Origin: an uncultured Chitinophaga sp.
GTDB taxonomy: Bacteria > Bacteroidota > Bacteroidia > UKL13-3
Direction: 5' to 3'
Length of the DNA stretch: 64,000 nucleotides
NCBI GenBank assembly: GCA_964545895.1
Contig: CAZJHS010000003.1
Coordinates: forward strand, 4,421-68,420
In this document: piece after piece, positions 9,892-18,325 of the stretch
How the letters are laid out: each line of letters starts with the position of its first letter
Position numbering within the stretch: the first letter of the stretch is position 1
Position numbers and translations under genes: made by a program
The notes under the pieces: generated by a model
The model's database searches: none
What the model saw: the letters and a program-made list of their open reading frames with translations, nothing else
Told to the model about the DNA's origin: nothing

Positions 9892-10494
9892 ATGAACAGA
9901 ACTTGGGCTATACTGTTATCAACTGTTTTTCATCCGGTATTTATTAACCTACTTAGTTTTATTTTAGTAATAGAACTTACCCCTTATTTACAAGCAGGAT
10001 TTACCCCAGAAGCCAAATGGTTTTATGTGCTGTATGTATTTATTACCACAGGCATGATTCCGTTATTTGTAGTAGTGTTGCGCAAAGCACTAGGGTTTAG
10101 TAAAAGCATTATGCTTGATCATGCCGATGACAGACACATACCTTACATTACAACTGCCATAGCCTATTTAATGGGCTACTACTTTTTTATTAAGCTAGGA
10201 GCGCCACATATTTTACAAGGCTACATGTTGGCCAGTGCCTGTATCATGGTATCTATACTTATTATTAATTTTTATACCAAAATTAGCGCACATGCTACCT
10301 CGCTTGGTGCACTGGTAGGCTTACTTATGGCATTAAGTTCGTATGCTTTGGTTGATGTACGCATTTACCTGGTAGTAACCTTAATTTTAACTGGCCTAAC
10401 CTGCGTAGCTCGCTTGGCATTGCAAGCACACACCCACCAACAAATATACTGGGGTGCTTTTATTGGGTTTATGATGATGTGGTTGGTGATGTGA
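9892..10494 (+). CDS. Polytopic membrane protein (possibly PAP2-like)
   Basis: 200 aa with about 6 TM helices. SAHAT...ARLALQAHTH weakly resembles PAP2 motifs. Its last 21 codons are duplicated at 13181-13247. Confidence 0.6.
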   Translation: MNRTWAILLSTVFHPVFINLLSFILVIELTPYLQAGFTPEAKWFYVLYVFITTGMIPLFVVVLRKALGFSKSIMLDHADDRHIPYITTAIAYLMGYYFFIKLGAPHILQGYMLASACIMVSILIINFYTKISAHATSLGALVGLLMALSSYALVDVRIYLVVTLILTGLTCVARLALQAHTHQQIYWGAFIGFMMMWLVM

Positions 10495-10498
10495 TTTT
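10432..10498. repeat. Direct repeat DR1a (67 bp; 3' end of the membrane-protein gene)
   Basis: acccaccaacaaatatactggggtgcttttattgggtttatgatgatgtggttggtgatgtgatttt matches 13181-13247 at 66 of 67 positions. Confidence 0.95.
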
Positions 10499-10841
10499 AT
10501 ATTGCGAACAAACTAATAGCCAATCCCAACATTTTTATTCTGCTTTCATCATCACATTTTTCTAGTGAAATGATAAAATCGCTCCAGGTAGAAATGGTGT
10601 AATTAAAAGTTATACCACCACCCGCAAGATCCATAACCAACTGTTTATCGCAGTCTAATACATCACAAATTTCAACAAACTGTTGAAGCGGAACAACCTT
10701 TAATTGCCCATTTTCTAATTTAGAATACACGCTGCGCGTAATACCACATTTGTGCGCCACATACTCTTGTTTAAGGGCTTTGCGTTGCCTAATTAATTTA
10801 AGCAGCAAACAAATATTGTTATAGTAGGCTTGTTTGTTCAT
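10497..10841 (-). CDS. XRE-family helix-turn-helix transcriptional regulator
   Basis: It has the HTH_3 pattern LIRQRKALKQEYVAHKCGITRSVYSKLENGQ. I prefer the ATG at 10841 to the TTG at 10862 given in the ORF track. Confidence 0.8.
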   Translation of the reverse strand: MNKQAYYNNICLLLKLIRQRKALKQEYVAHKCGITRSVYSKLENGQLKVVPLQQFVEICDVLDCDKQLVMDLAGGGITFNYTISTWSDFIISLEKCDDESRIKMLGLAISLFAI

Positions 10842-10875
10842 GGAGTATAATAGGTTAAACAAGTTTAATAAAAAT

Positions 10876-10890
10876 GTGCATCACATGCAC
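10876..10890. promoter_or_regulatory. Perfect 6-3-6 palindrome (candidate XRE operator) in the divergent promoter region
   Basis: gtgcat-cac-atgcac lies immediately upstream of the XRE gene. A palindromic gtgcac follows at 10905-10910. Confidence 0.35.
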
Positions 10891-11040
10891 CATATGTTCA
10901 TATTGTGCACGCGATTTTACTTCAAGTAATGCCAAACCAATAATAGTTTTGAGTTGAGTTTACAAAGTGTTACTGCAGAGCATTATTGAAACTTACGGAT
11001 AGCCGAAAACGGATTAGAGTAGGCAATAAATAAATTTAAT

Positions 11041-11448
11041 ATGAAAAAAGTAATTTCATTGTTATTAACAATCATGTCAGGAGTAATGTATGGTTATGGA
11101 CAAACAACATATGTTGTTGAAAACGGAGTAACATACACAAGGATTTTCACAATTCAAGAGTACCAGTCATTAGGGTTAATGGTTGAAGGAGAAGAAGTGG
11201 CTGAAGCTGCAAGAAAGAAGAAATCAGGAACAATTTTGTGGTGTAAAAAAGGTTATGGGTGCTGTTTGTCATCAAGAATTGAAATAGATGGAAATGGTGG
11301 AATTACCGCTATGACTGTTGTTGCCCAAGTTGATGATGAAGGGAATGCGGTACAAGAAACAAGTGGAATCTTTGCTTATTATAATTCAGAATTAGATGAA
11401 GTTATTTATCGTGTTACATCAACACCACCAGCTGTAATCGCAAATTAG
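11041..11448 (+). CDS. Small secreted protein with a WCKKGYGCC cysteine motif
   Basis: 135 aa with a signal-like N-terminus (MKKVISLLLTIMSGVMYGYGQ). An acidic EGEEVAEAA stretch is followed by RKKKSGTILWCKKGYGCC. I recognise no family. Confidence 0.6.
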   Translation: MKKVISLLLTIMSGVMYGYGQTTYVVENGVTYTRIFTIQEYQSLGLMVEGEEVAEAARKKKSGTILWCKKGYGCCLSSRIEIDGNGGITAMTVVAQVDDEGNAVQETSGIFAYYNSELDEVIYRVTSTPPAVIAN

Positions 11449-11458
11449 TATTTAAATA

Positions 11459-11489
11459 ATGCCAACAATTAAATTGTTGGCATTTTATT
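11459..11489 (+). terminator. Hairpin terminator/attenuator between the small gene and the 557-aa gene
   Basis: Stem gccaacaat / attgttggc followed by attttatt, 11 nt after the stop at 11448. Confidence 0.55.
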
Positions 11490-11502
11490 CTTATTTTTAT
11501 TT

Positions 11503-13176
11503 ATGAAACGACTATTATTTTTATTGATTTGCTTTAATCAGTTTAATGTAAACGCTCAGTTTACTGAAAAATTTTATCATTTGGATACTTATGCTGCTGA
11601 AGCAAGTTTTGATTCATTGATACGAAATGAAATTCAAACTCATGATAGCTTGTCAGAGAGCTACTATCTCATAACCTATCCCATATTGGCTGGTGCTACT
11701 AGTTGGGTTCCTCAATTTATCAGGATATTTAATAAAATAAAAAACACAAATAATGATATTGTTATACTCTACTATCTAAATGGGGGATTACGAGAGAAAG
11801 ATATTCCTTTATTTATGAAGGAAAAATTGAAAATGACAGATGCAGACATGAAAAAAGTGAAAACTATTTTTAATGATGAACTTTATACAACCATAAGTAA
11901 TGGGAGAAACTTGGTTAGGCTGCAATATTATTTTAGAAGAAAATTATACTATGATGAGGCGGGAAAATGGCATGATGTTGCAGCAACAAATTTGCCAGAA
12001 GAGAAAATAACTATTAAACAAATAAATAAAATTCAATTAAAAGAAATTGACTCATTGCTCCTATTTGAAAGAGACCAAATTTTTCCTTTTAAAGAAGATA
12101 AATTACTTATTTTAAGTGATGCAAAAAATGAAATCCTAGAACTTGATGTTAATTCAGGAGAAGTAAAACCATTTATCTCAATAAATAAGGTATTTAACGC
12201 TACTGATATATATTGTAAGTATTTTGCGAATGGAGACACCTTAGCTTGTAACTATGCAAAAAAATTGGAACACAAAGTTACTTCAATTGGTAGGCAAACA
12301 TTAAAAATTGATGGAGTTAAAAAAGTGGATGATTTTCTATATCTGTCAGGGGGAATTGAAGCATTTGTTCAAGACAAAAAAGATTATACATTTAAAAATG
12401 AAGAGGGAGAAAAAGTTACTATTGAAGCGAGTGAACCTTCTACATCCTATTTTGGCTTAATATTTAAATACAACTTAATTACTAAGCAATGTGAAATATT
12501 TAGGTTAGAGGAGTTGCCCGAAACTCGGAAAGATTTTCCATTCATTTATCCAGATTGTGGACTTTTTATGAAACAAGATACCATTGTTGCTGGCGTGAAT
12601 ACATGGCATAAAAAAGGTTTAAACACATTTAATTTAATTAATCTAATACCCAAAGATGGCAGCTATAAACCAGCTAATAAATTGGCACCATTAGAGATAA
12701 AATCACCACTATTGGCAGATAATTACAACAAAAGTTTTTTTTATACATTTAATGAACAGCAATACTTTTCCATCAACTTTAGTAAACACATTTACTTAGT
12801 TGGCAGAGAAAAACCACAATCTAGTTTATATGGTAATGGCAGCTCCCCATACAGTATCGAAAAAGTTCCTGACTTTGTGGAGGACACTTCTTCATCACTA
12901 TTGGTAAACTTTTCTATACACGACATGAAGCCAATTTTTAATAACAGGTACTTACTAACTTATTGTGATTTTAAAGGGCAACCTATTTTCGAATTAAAAA
13001 ATCGGATGTTAAAAACCGTTGACATAATAGATGCAAAAAGTATTAAAGGGCTTGAGCGCTATTATTCAAACAACTATAGAATTGATTTACTAATTGATAA
13101 CGATAAGATATATTATAAGAGTATTGATAATGGTGAAATGTTTCTAAATGTATTTTCTATCCTACCAGTCAACTGA
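11503..13176 (+). CDS. Secreted hypothetical protein (N-terminal thioredoxin-like segment without CxxC, then a beta-rich region)
   Basis: 557 aa with a signal peptide (NQFNVNAQ). The segment YYLITYPILAGATSWVPQFIRIFNKIKNTNNDIVILYY resembles the CxxC segment of the 5723-7366 product. It looks AT-rich. Confidence 0.7.
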   Translation: MKRLLFLLICFNQFNVNAQFTEKFYHLDTYAAEASFDSLIRNEIQTHDSLSESYYLITYPILAGATSWVPQFIRIFNKIKNTNNDIVILYYLNGGLREKDIPLFMKEKLKMTDADMKKVKTIFNDELYTTISNGRNLVRLQYYFRRKLYYDEAGKWHDVAATNLPEEKITIKQINKIQLKEIDSLLLFERDQIFPFKEDKLLILSDAKNEILELDVNSGEVKPFISINKVFNATDIYCKYFANGDTLACNYAKKLEHKVTSIGRQTLKIDGVKKVDDFLYLSGGIEAFVQDKKDYTFKNEEGEKVTIEASEPSTSYFGLIFKYNLITKQCEIFRLEELPETRKDFPFIYPDCGLFMKQDTIVAGVNTWHKKGLNTFNLINLIPKDGSYKPANKLAPLEIKSPLLADNYNKSFFYTFNEQQYFSINFSKHIYLVGREKPQSSLYGNGSSPYSIEKVPDFVEDTSSSLLVNFSIHDMKPIFNNRYLLTYCDFKGQPIFELKNRMLKTVDIIDAKSIKGLERYYSNNYRIDLLIDNDKIYYKSIDNGEMFLNVFSILPVN

Positions 13177-13180
13177 TATT

Positions 13181-13247
13181 ACCCACCAACAAATATACTG
13201 GGGTACTTTTATTGGGTTTATGATGATGTGGTTGGTGATGTGATTTT
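13181..13247. repeat. Direct repeat DR1b (67 bp)
   Basis: Second copy of the 3' end of the membrane-protein gene. The single mismatch (10456 g vs 13205 a) would change Ala to Thr. Confidence 0.95.
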
Positions 13248-13377
13248 GTTTATTGGTTAAGCCATACTAATGACTTAAAAAAATCATAATTTACATTGTG
13301 CACATCCATGCGTAATTAAGATTAAAAAACAATAATTAAATTTGAGTTAAGCCATTGGCCAAGCTAAAATTTATACT

Positions 13378-16300
13378 ATGAACCTAAGAGCCCTAATTAC
13401 TTTACTTCTATTACTACCATTAGGTGTTTGTGCGCAGCAATTTACTGATGCAACAGTTATTGGGGGATTAGGTGGCCAAGGCGTAAACAATATTTATCAT
13501 GATAATATTGGAAACAAATATGTGTTGCTTTTCTCAGACAAGCCAATTACAATTGATAGCTCGGGAACCCCGATTACTATAACTAGTAATTCAAGAGAGT
13601 ATGCGCTCATAAAGTATTCTAATAAAAATAAGTATTTACACCACATAAGTATTAAACGAGTTTGGCCAAATAGTAGTTTTGTTGTTTCATTTACCTCCCA
13701 AAACGACCTTCTGCTTTCTTGCTCTTTTAATCATCGTGATACCATAGAACTTTATCATTCCAACAGATTATTATATAAACAGTTAATTATCAGAAATGGA
13801 ACTCCACCTTTAGCTCGTAACATTGCAGTTTTCATTACTAAAATTAGCTCAAGTGGGCAGTTCTTATGGACCTCGTTCATCAATAAATTAAACGCCAATT
13901 ACACTCAACAAGGTGCAATTGAAGTTGGCGTTTATTGCCACTCCGATACTGCTATTTATGTTAGTTTTAGTAGTGACCAATTAACAAATAGCATTGATAC
14001 TATTTTAGTAACTAATAACACAAATCAATCCGATACTATTTTTTCCAATAAGGTATCAATCATTGTTAAACTTAATCAACAAGGCAAGTTACTTACCTAT
14101 ATCGAACCGCTTAAATCTTTAAAACATTTTCAACAAGATTCAGCACTTATAAGAACATTTAAAATAGCTAAAATTAATAACAATATTTACTTCGTATTAA
14201 ATGCAACAATTACAACTCCAGATAGTATTGTTGGATTAAGTCAAACCACACCAATTGATACCGGCACTGTTTATTTACTTTTTAAAATGAACCTTACAGA
14301 TAGCATAGTTTGGGCAAAAGAAATAGTAGTAAATCATACCGGACCACAAGTACAATATCCAATTATTGACTTGAGTTCTGATACGGTGAATAATCATTTA
14401 CTTTTAGCTATTGATTTTGACCCGTATCGCAACGAAATGAAATTGTTTAGTTCCAACGCAAGCTTCGGAACTTATTTGAGCAAAATTGATGAACAAGGGA
14501 ATCCGGTTTGGAGCGAATTTCTGAACAACATTAGATACCCTACCTACAAAAAAAACTATACTAATAAACAATCCGTTCTAATTGGAGAAACGGTCTATCC
14601 AAATGGATATTTTCAGCATTATTTACCATACAACCAACTTGGCATTCGAACAACTTTTATTGCTTTTCAAGATAGCATGAACAGGTTTTTTAATGCACAA
14701 AGCATTCACGCTAATCAAGTAACCTTCAGCAGCACCTTATCAATATCAGGCATATCTATTAGTCCAAATGGTAAAGTAGCAGTTGGTGGTTCATTTTTGG
14801 ACAGCATCTCATTACCCTGTAGAACTATCCAAGCCACACTTGATTACAGCGACTACGGACAAAAACTATCTGATGGCTTTTTATTAGAATACAGCCCAAT
14901 ATTGGCAATTGATACTGCTGTTTGTAAAAGAATGATATCGCCTAGCGGTAAATACACTTGGGATAGTACTGCCTATTATTTTGATACCATACCTAATAAA
15001 TTGGGCTGCGATAGTACCCTATTGTTTTATGTGAAGGTAATGCAAGATAAAGTTTCAATTGACACTACTGTTAAAGTAAGCATGCAATCGCCAAGTGGTA
15101 AATATATTTGGGATAGCACCGCAACCTATACCGATACCCTGACTAATACTTTTGGATGTGATAGTATACTTACTTTTAATGTAAAGGTGTTACAAAACAG
15201 CACTTTTATTGACACTTCGGTTTGTTTGTTTTTTAAACTTAGCACAAGTTTAAAAGCATTTTACCAAACAGGTAATTTTATTGATACCCTAACCAACCGC
15301 TTGGGGGGCGATAGTATTGTTTACATTAAACTTACCATACTTAAAAGTACTGCAATTATTGATACCTCGTTTTGCAATAAAATACTAAGCCCTAGTGGTA
15401 AGTTTTGGTTAAACAATACAGGCGCGTATACCGATACATTAATGAACAAGCATAATTGTGATAGTATAATCGCCATTAGGTTTACACGCTTACCCATGAT
15501 GGATACAATTCGGCTATCTGCATGTAAACCATTAGGCAGCCCTAGTGGTAAGTTTGTTATGAATGAAACCCGTTGGTATACCGATACATTAGTGAGTAGT
15601 AAAGGTTGCGACAGCATACTACAAATTGACTATACGCAAATACGTATTACCGATACCATTGTTTTAGCCAATTGTAATGCGGCTTTAAGTCCAAGCAATA
15701 AATTTGTAATGCAACAAAGCGGCTGGTATACCGATACCCTTATAACCACCAATGGTTGCGATAGTATAATACGTATAAATTTTACGCTTTTAAAATCAGC
15801 TAGTAGTATTGTGCTGGTTGCTTGCGATAGCCTTATATCGCCTAGTGGTAAATTAGTTTTTAATGCACCTGGAGTTTATACCGATACAATAACAAATGCT
15901 GCAGGTTGTGATAGTATTATTACCATTAATTTAACTTTTTCTAATTCGCAAATAAGCGTTTCAAAATCAAATGATATTAGTTGCGAAAACCAAAGCGCTG
16001 TATTAACCGCATCGGGTGGTAGTGTTTATGTTTGGCAACCATCAACAGGGTTATCAAACACGCAAATTAGCAATCCCATTGCTAACCCCCACCAAACTAC
16101 TCAATACACAGTAATTGCTACTGATGCCTACGGTTGTAAACTTTCAGATACGATATCGGTTTATGTAAATATATTAGATAGTGTTAACAATATACCAAAT
16201 GTAATTACACCAAATAATGACGGATTAAACGACTGCATTTCGGCAGAAAATATCGCTCAATTTAACACTTGCTCATTTGTTATTTTATCGCGCTGGGGTA

Positions 16301-16458
16301 ATGTTGTTTGGCAAACCAACAATCCTAAAAATAATTGGTGCGGCACTACCGAAAACGGACAAGAAACAGCCGAAGGAACATACTATTATATACTTAAAGG
16401 CACAACGCTTTGTAATCAAAAAATTAATAGTACGGGTACAATTACAGTTATTAGGTAG
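13378..16458 (+). CDS. Large secreted protein with a T9SS type B (gliding-motility CHU_C) C-terminal sorting domain
   Basis: 1026 aa with a signal peptide. It contains seven 50-aa Cys-containing repeats. The C-terminus is IPNVITPNNDGLNDC...GTYYYILKG...TGTITVIR. Confidence 0.85.
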   Translation: MNLRALITLLLLLPLGVCAQQFTDATVIGGLGGQGVNNIYHDNIGNKYVLLFSDKPITIDSSGTPITITSNSREYALIKYSNKNKYLHHISIKRVWPNSSFVVSFTSQNDLLLSCSFNHRDTIELYHSNRLLYKQLIIRNGTPPLARNIAVFITKISSSGQFLWTSFINKLNANYTQQGAIEVGVYCHSDTAIYVSFSSDQLTNSIDTILVTNNTNQSDTIFSNKVSIIVKLNQQGKLLTYIEPLKSLKHFQQDSALIRTFKIAKINNNIYFVLNATITTPDSIVGLSQTTPIDTGTVYLLFKMNLTDSIVWAKEIVVNHTGPQVQYPIIDLSSDTVNNHLLLAIDFDPYRNEMKLFSSNASFGTYLSKIDEQGNPVWSEFLNNIRYPTYKKNYTNKQSVLIGETVYPNGYFQHYLPYNQLGIRTTFIAFQDSMNRFFNAQSIHANQVTFSSTLSISGISISPNGKVAVGGSFLDSISLPCRTIQATLDYSDYGQKLSDGFLLEYSPILAIDTAVCKRMISPSGKYTWDSTAYYFDTIPNKLGCDSTLLFYVKVMQDKVSIDTTVKVSMQSPSGKYIWDSTATYTDTLTNTFGCDSILTFNVKVLQNSTFIDTSVCLFFKLSTSLKAFYQTGNFIDTLTNRLGGDSIVYIKLTILKSTAIIDTSFCNKILSPSGKFWLNNTGAYTDTLMNKHNCDSIIAIRFTRLPMMDTIRLSACKPLGSPSGKFVMNETRWYTDTLVSSKGCDSILQIDYTQIRITDTIVLANCNAALSPSNKFVMQQSGWYTDTLITTNGCDSIIRINFTLLKSASSIVLVACDSLISPSGKLVFNAPGVYTDTITNAAGCDSIITINLTFSNSQISVSKSNDISCENQSAVLTASGGSVYVWQPSTGLSNTQISNPIANPHQTTQYTVIATDAYGCKLSDTISVYVNILDSVNNIPNVITPNNDGLNDCISAENIAQFNTCSFVILSRWGNVVWQTNNPKNNWCGTTENGQETAEGTYYYILKGTTLCNQKINSTGTITVIR
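14923..15972 (+). repeat. 7 x 150-bp in-frame tandem repeat (C..SPSGK[YF]..W....YTDT..N..GCDSI)
   Basis: Units start at Cys codons from 14923 to 15823, with an average period of exactly 150 bp. The third unit (CLFFKLSTSLKAF...GGDSI) is degenerate. Confidence 0.85.
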
Positions 16459-16518
16459 CTAGTTTAATTTTGCCTATCATTATTTAATATTATAAACCCA
16501 AACTCATAACACCTTTTA

Positions 16519-16624
16519 CATCCATGCCTTTATCTAAAACCATTATTACTTTTATATTTAGCATTTGCAGCTTCTTGTTTCTTTCGTGCGGAAAATTGTA
16601 CCTAAAAGCTACTGGTGTAAAACC
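16519..16624. repeat. Direct repeat DR2a (106 bp; copy of the 5' end of the lipoprotein gene at 18343)
   Basis: Matches 18338-18443 at 105 of 106 positions, with a constant offset of 1819 bp. Confidence 0.95.
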
Positions 16625-16628
16625 ATAA
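16524..16628 (+). pseudogene. Truncated duplicate of the lipoprotein gene 5' end (signal peptide/lipobox only)
   Basis: MPLSKTIITFIFSICSFLFLSCGKLYLKATGVKP followed by a stop. Homology to the 18343 gene ends abruptly at 16624. Confidence 0.7.
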
Positions 16629-16720
16629 ACGTTACTGATTTTGACATGGGCTTATACATTGTACGTTTAGTGATAGACGACCAAACCGTTGCTAATACAA
16701 TACTCAATTATTCAAATTAA
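16628..16720 (+). pseudogene. 3' remnant of a T9SS C-terminal sorting domain gene
   Basis: Translates as NVTDFDMGLYIVRLVIDDQTVANTILNYSN plus stop. It resembles the last strands of the CTDs elsewhere in this window (GLYYLKINTPKGVIVKKIVKD, GIYFVKFTL...). It has no upstream body and keeps its own terminator. Confidence 0.55.
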
Positions 16721-16733
16721 TTTTATAATTTCG

Positions 16734-16767
16734 AAACACCGCGTATTATAAAATACGCGGTGTTTTT
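16734..16767 (+). terminator. Rho-independent terminator of the remnant gene
   Basis: Stem aacaccgcgtat / atacgcggtgtt followed by ttttt. Confidence 0.7.
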
Positions 16768-16778
16768 ATTTAACTCCC

Positions 16779-18296
16779 ATGAAAAAAAATTGGCTATTAC
16801 TAGTAATTATATTCTTTACCCAATTGTTAAAGGCGCAAAATACACAGTTGTTTCACAATAGGGATAGTACTAGCAGCAGAGTTATACTTTTATCTACTGG
16901 CTCTGATAATAGTTCACTATATAGTTTAAGTTGGCACTTACCAATTGATTCGATTCAGGATAATAATCGATTTTATTATAAGATAAAAAAAATTGACACA
17001 TCGGGAAATTTATTAGCGGCAAACGAAATTTATAAGAATGGAAAATTAAACGCCAGTTATCAACCAAGTACACCAAATCAAACTGACTTTGTTATTGTTG
17101 AAAACAGTGACACCTCAGAAAACTCTGTATACTACATAAACTATATTAAAAGTAATTTAAAAGTTGATAGTTTTATTTTACCGTTAATTGGTAAAACCCC
17201 ATATCTGTTTACCTATTGCAAACACAATGATAAGCTAATCATCATTTCATCAGACAGTAGAACTCTTGGAAACAAGGCATACGTAACCATTGCAGATACA
17301 CTTGGTAATGAAATTAAAACACAAAGATTCCTTTACGAATACTTTTATAATCAAACCAACCAAATAAGCATTACTCCGCTATGCTTGATTAGCGATGGAA
17401 ATGGAGGATTTATATCTGGTGGATGGTATGATACAGCTTCACAAGAAACCAAAATAAACTTGTTTAGAATTGATAGTTTGGGAAATAAAACTTGGGAGTA
17501 TAAAGAAACACGGATTGGAGGTTCTTTTATAAAAGGCATGCAGCTATTGCCTGATAAAACCATTTTAGCTTATGGAGCTTATGGAGATTTAATGTACTTG
17601 GCCAAGTTTAGTCAACAAGGTCAATTACTTAACGAAAATTTTTATTATCCAGGTGGTTTTATCGATCGTACAAGTGGCCGTTGCAATATTATTAATGTTA
17701 AAATAATTGATGGATATATATATGCCGTTGGTGGATCGCACAATATGTTTAAAGCACTTAATACATACACCGATTTGGGTACGCTTTTAAAAACAGACTT
17801 AGATGGTAAACCCATTTGGGCCAAGCAATTTGGCAATTATTATGGTTACAATATTCTAGATCAAATTTACCAAACATCAAATAGCCGATTGTTGTTGGCA
17901 GGGCTTGGTGTTGACAGCACACAAATGCCTTTACATGGAGTAAGCTGGTATGTAAGTACTGATACTGCTGCTAACGAAAACCTGCCTTGGTGCCAATTAG
18001 TAAATGTTGAGCGGTATTATCCATTTACGGGTATTAACGAGGTAAGTAGTTTGGGTTCAATGATACAAGTATATCCAAACCCAACAAATGGTGAGTTAAC
18101 CATTAAAAATCCCTTACAACTAGCTATTAACCAAATTCAATTTTATGACGGAAATGGTACACTTTGCCACACCCAATTATTTGATGAGCCAAACGCCCAG
18201 TTTAATATTGATGTTACTTATTTAAAACAAGGATTGTATTACTTAAAAATAAACACACCTAAGGGTGTTATAGTAAAAAAAATTGTAAAAGATTAA
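16779..18296 (+). CDS. T9SS type A sorting domain-containing secreted protein
   Basis: 505 aa with a signal peptide. The CTD is IQVYPNPTNGELTIKN...GLYYLKINTPKGVIVKKIVKD. Confidence 0.85.
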   Translation: MKKNWLLLVIIFFTQLLKAQNTQLFHNRDSTSSRVILLSTGSDNSSLYSLSWHLPIDSIQDNNRFYYKIKKIDTSGNLLAANEIYKNGKLNASYQPSTPNQTDFVIVENSDTSENSVYYINYIKSNLKVDSFILPLIGKTPYLFTYCKHNDKLIIISSDSRTLGNKAYVTIADTLGNEIKTQRFLYEYFYNQTNQISITPLCLISDGNGGFISGGWYDTASQETKINLFRIDSLGNKTWEYKETRIGGSFIKGMQLLPDKTILAYGAYGDLMYLAKFSQQGQLLNENFYYPGGFIDRTSGRCNIINVKIIDGYIYAVGGSHNMFKALNTYTDLGTLLKTDLDGKPIWAKQFGNYYGYNILDQIYQTSNSRLLLAGLGVDSTQMPLHGVSWYVSTDTAANENLPWCQLVNVERYYPFTGINEVSSLGSMIQVYPNPTNGELTIKNPLQLAINQIQFYDGNGTLCHTQLFDEPNAQFNIDVTYLKQGLYYLKINTPKGVIVKKIVKD

Positions 18297-18298
18297 CG

Positions 18299-18325
18299 GC
18301 TACTCACACACAAAATAAAAGTCTC
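18299..18325. repeat. Direct repeat DR3a (27 bp; copy of the 3' end of the FkbM methyltransferase gene)
   Basis: gctactcacacacaaaataaaagtctc matches 19020-19046 at 26 of 27 positions. On the minus strand it still encodes DFYFVCE-stop, and the mismatch is synonymous (GAC vs GAT). Confidence 0.85.

Larger units (their letters stand above)
10499..13180. mobile_element. Integrase-less 3-gene cassette bounded by the DR1 copies (CIME-like / Campbell-type insertion)
   Basis: The segment between the DR1 copies is exactly gene-bounded. The XRE stop overlaps the end of DR1a, and DR1b starts 4 nt after the stop of the 557-aa gene. It looks AT-richer than its flanks. Confidence 0.45.

Noticed and set aside
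13295-13303. The 9-mer attgtgcac upstream of the 1026-aa gene, shared with 10902-10910 in the XRE control region
   Set aside because: A single shared 9-mer is expected by chance many times in 64 kb. It is not enough to call a second operator.
14923-15972. Regular 150-bp periodicity that could be mistaken for a CRISPR-like or satellite array
   Set aside because: The repeats are in frame within a single long ORF and are conserved at the protein level (Cys and SPSGK/YTDT/GCDSI positions). There is no short-repeat/spacer structure. No CRISPR array exists anywhere in the window.
16277-16462. 61-aa plus-strand ORF overlapping the 3' end of the 1026-aa gene, and the 95-aa ORF at 21206-21493
   Set aside because: These are alternative-frame overlaps of well-supported genes or terminator regions, with no independent support.
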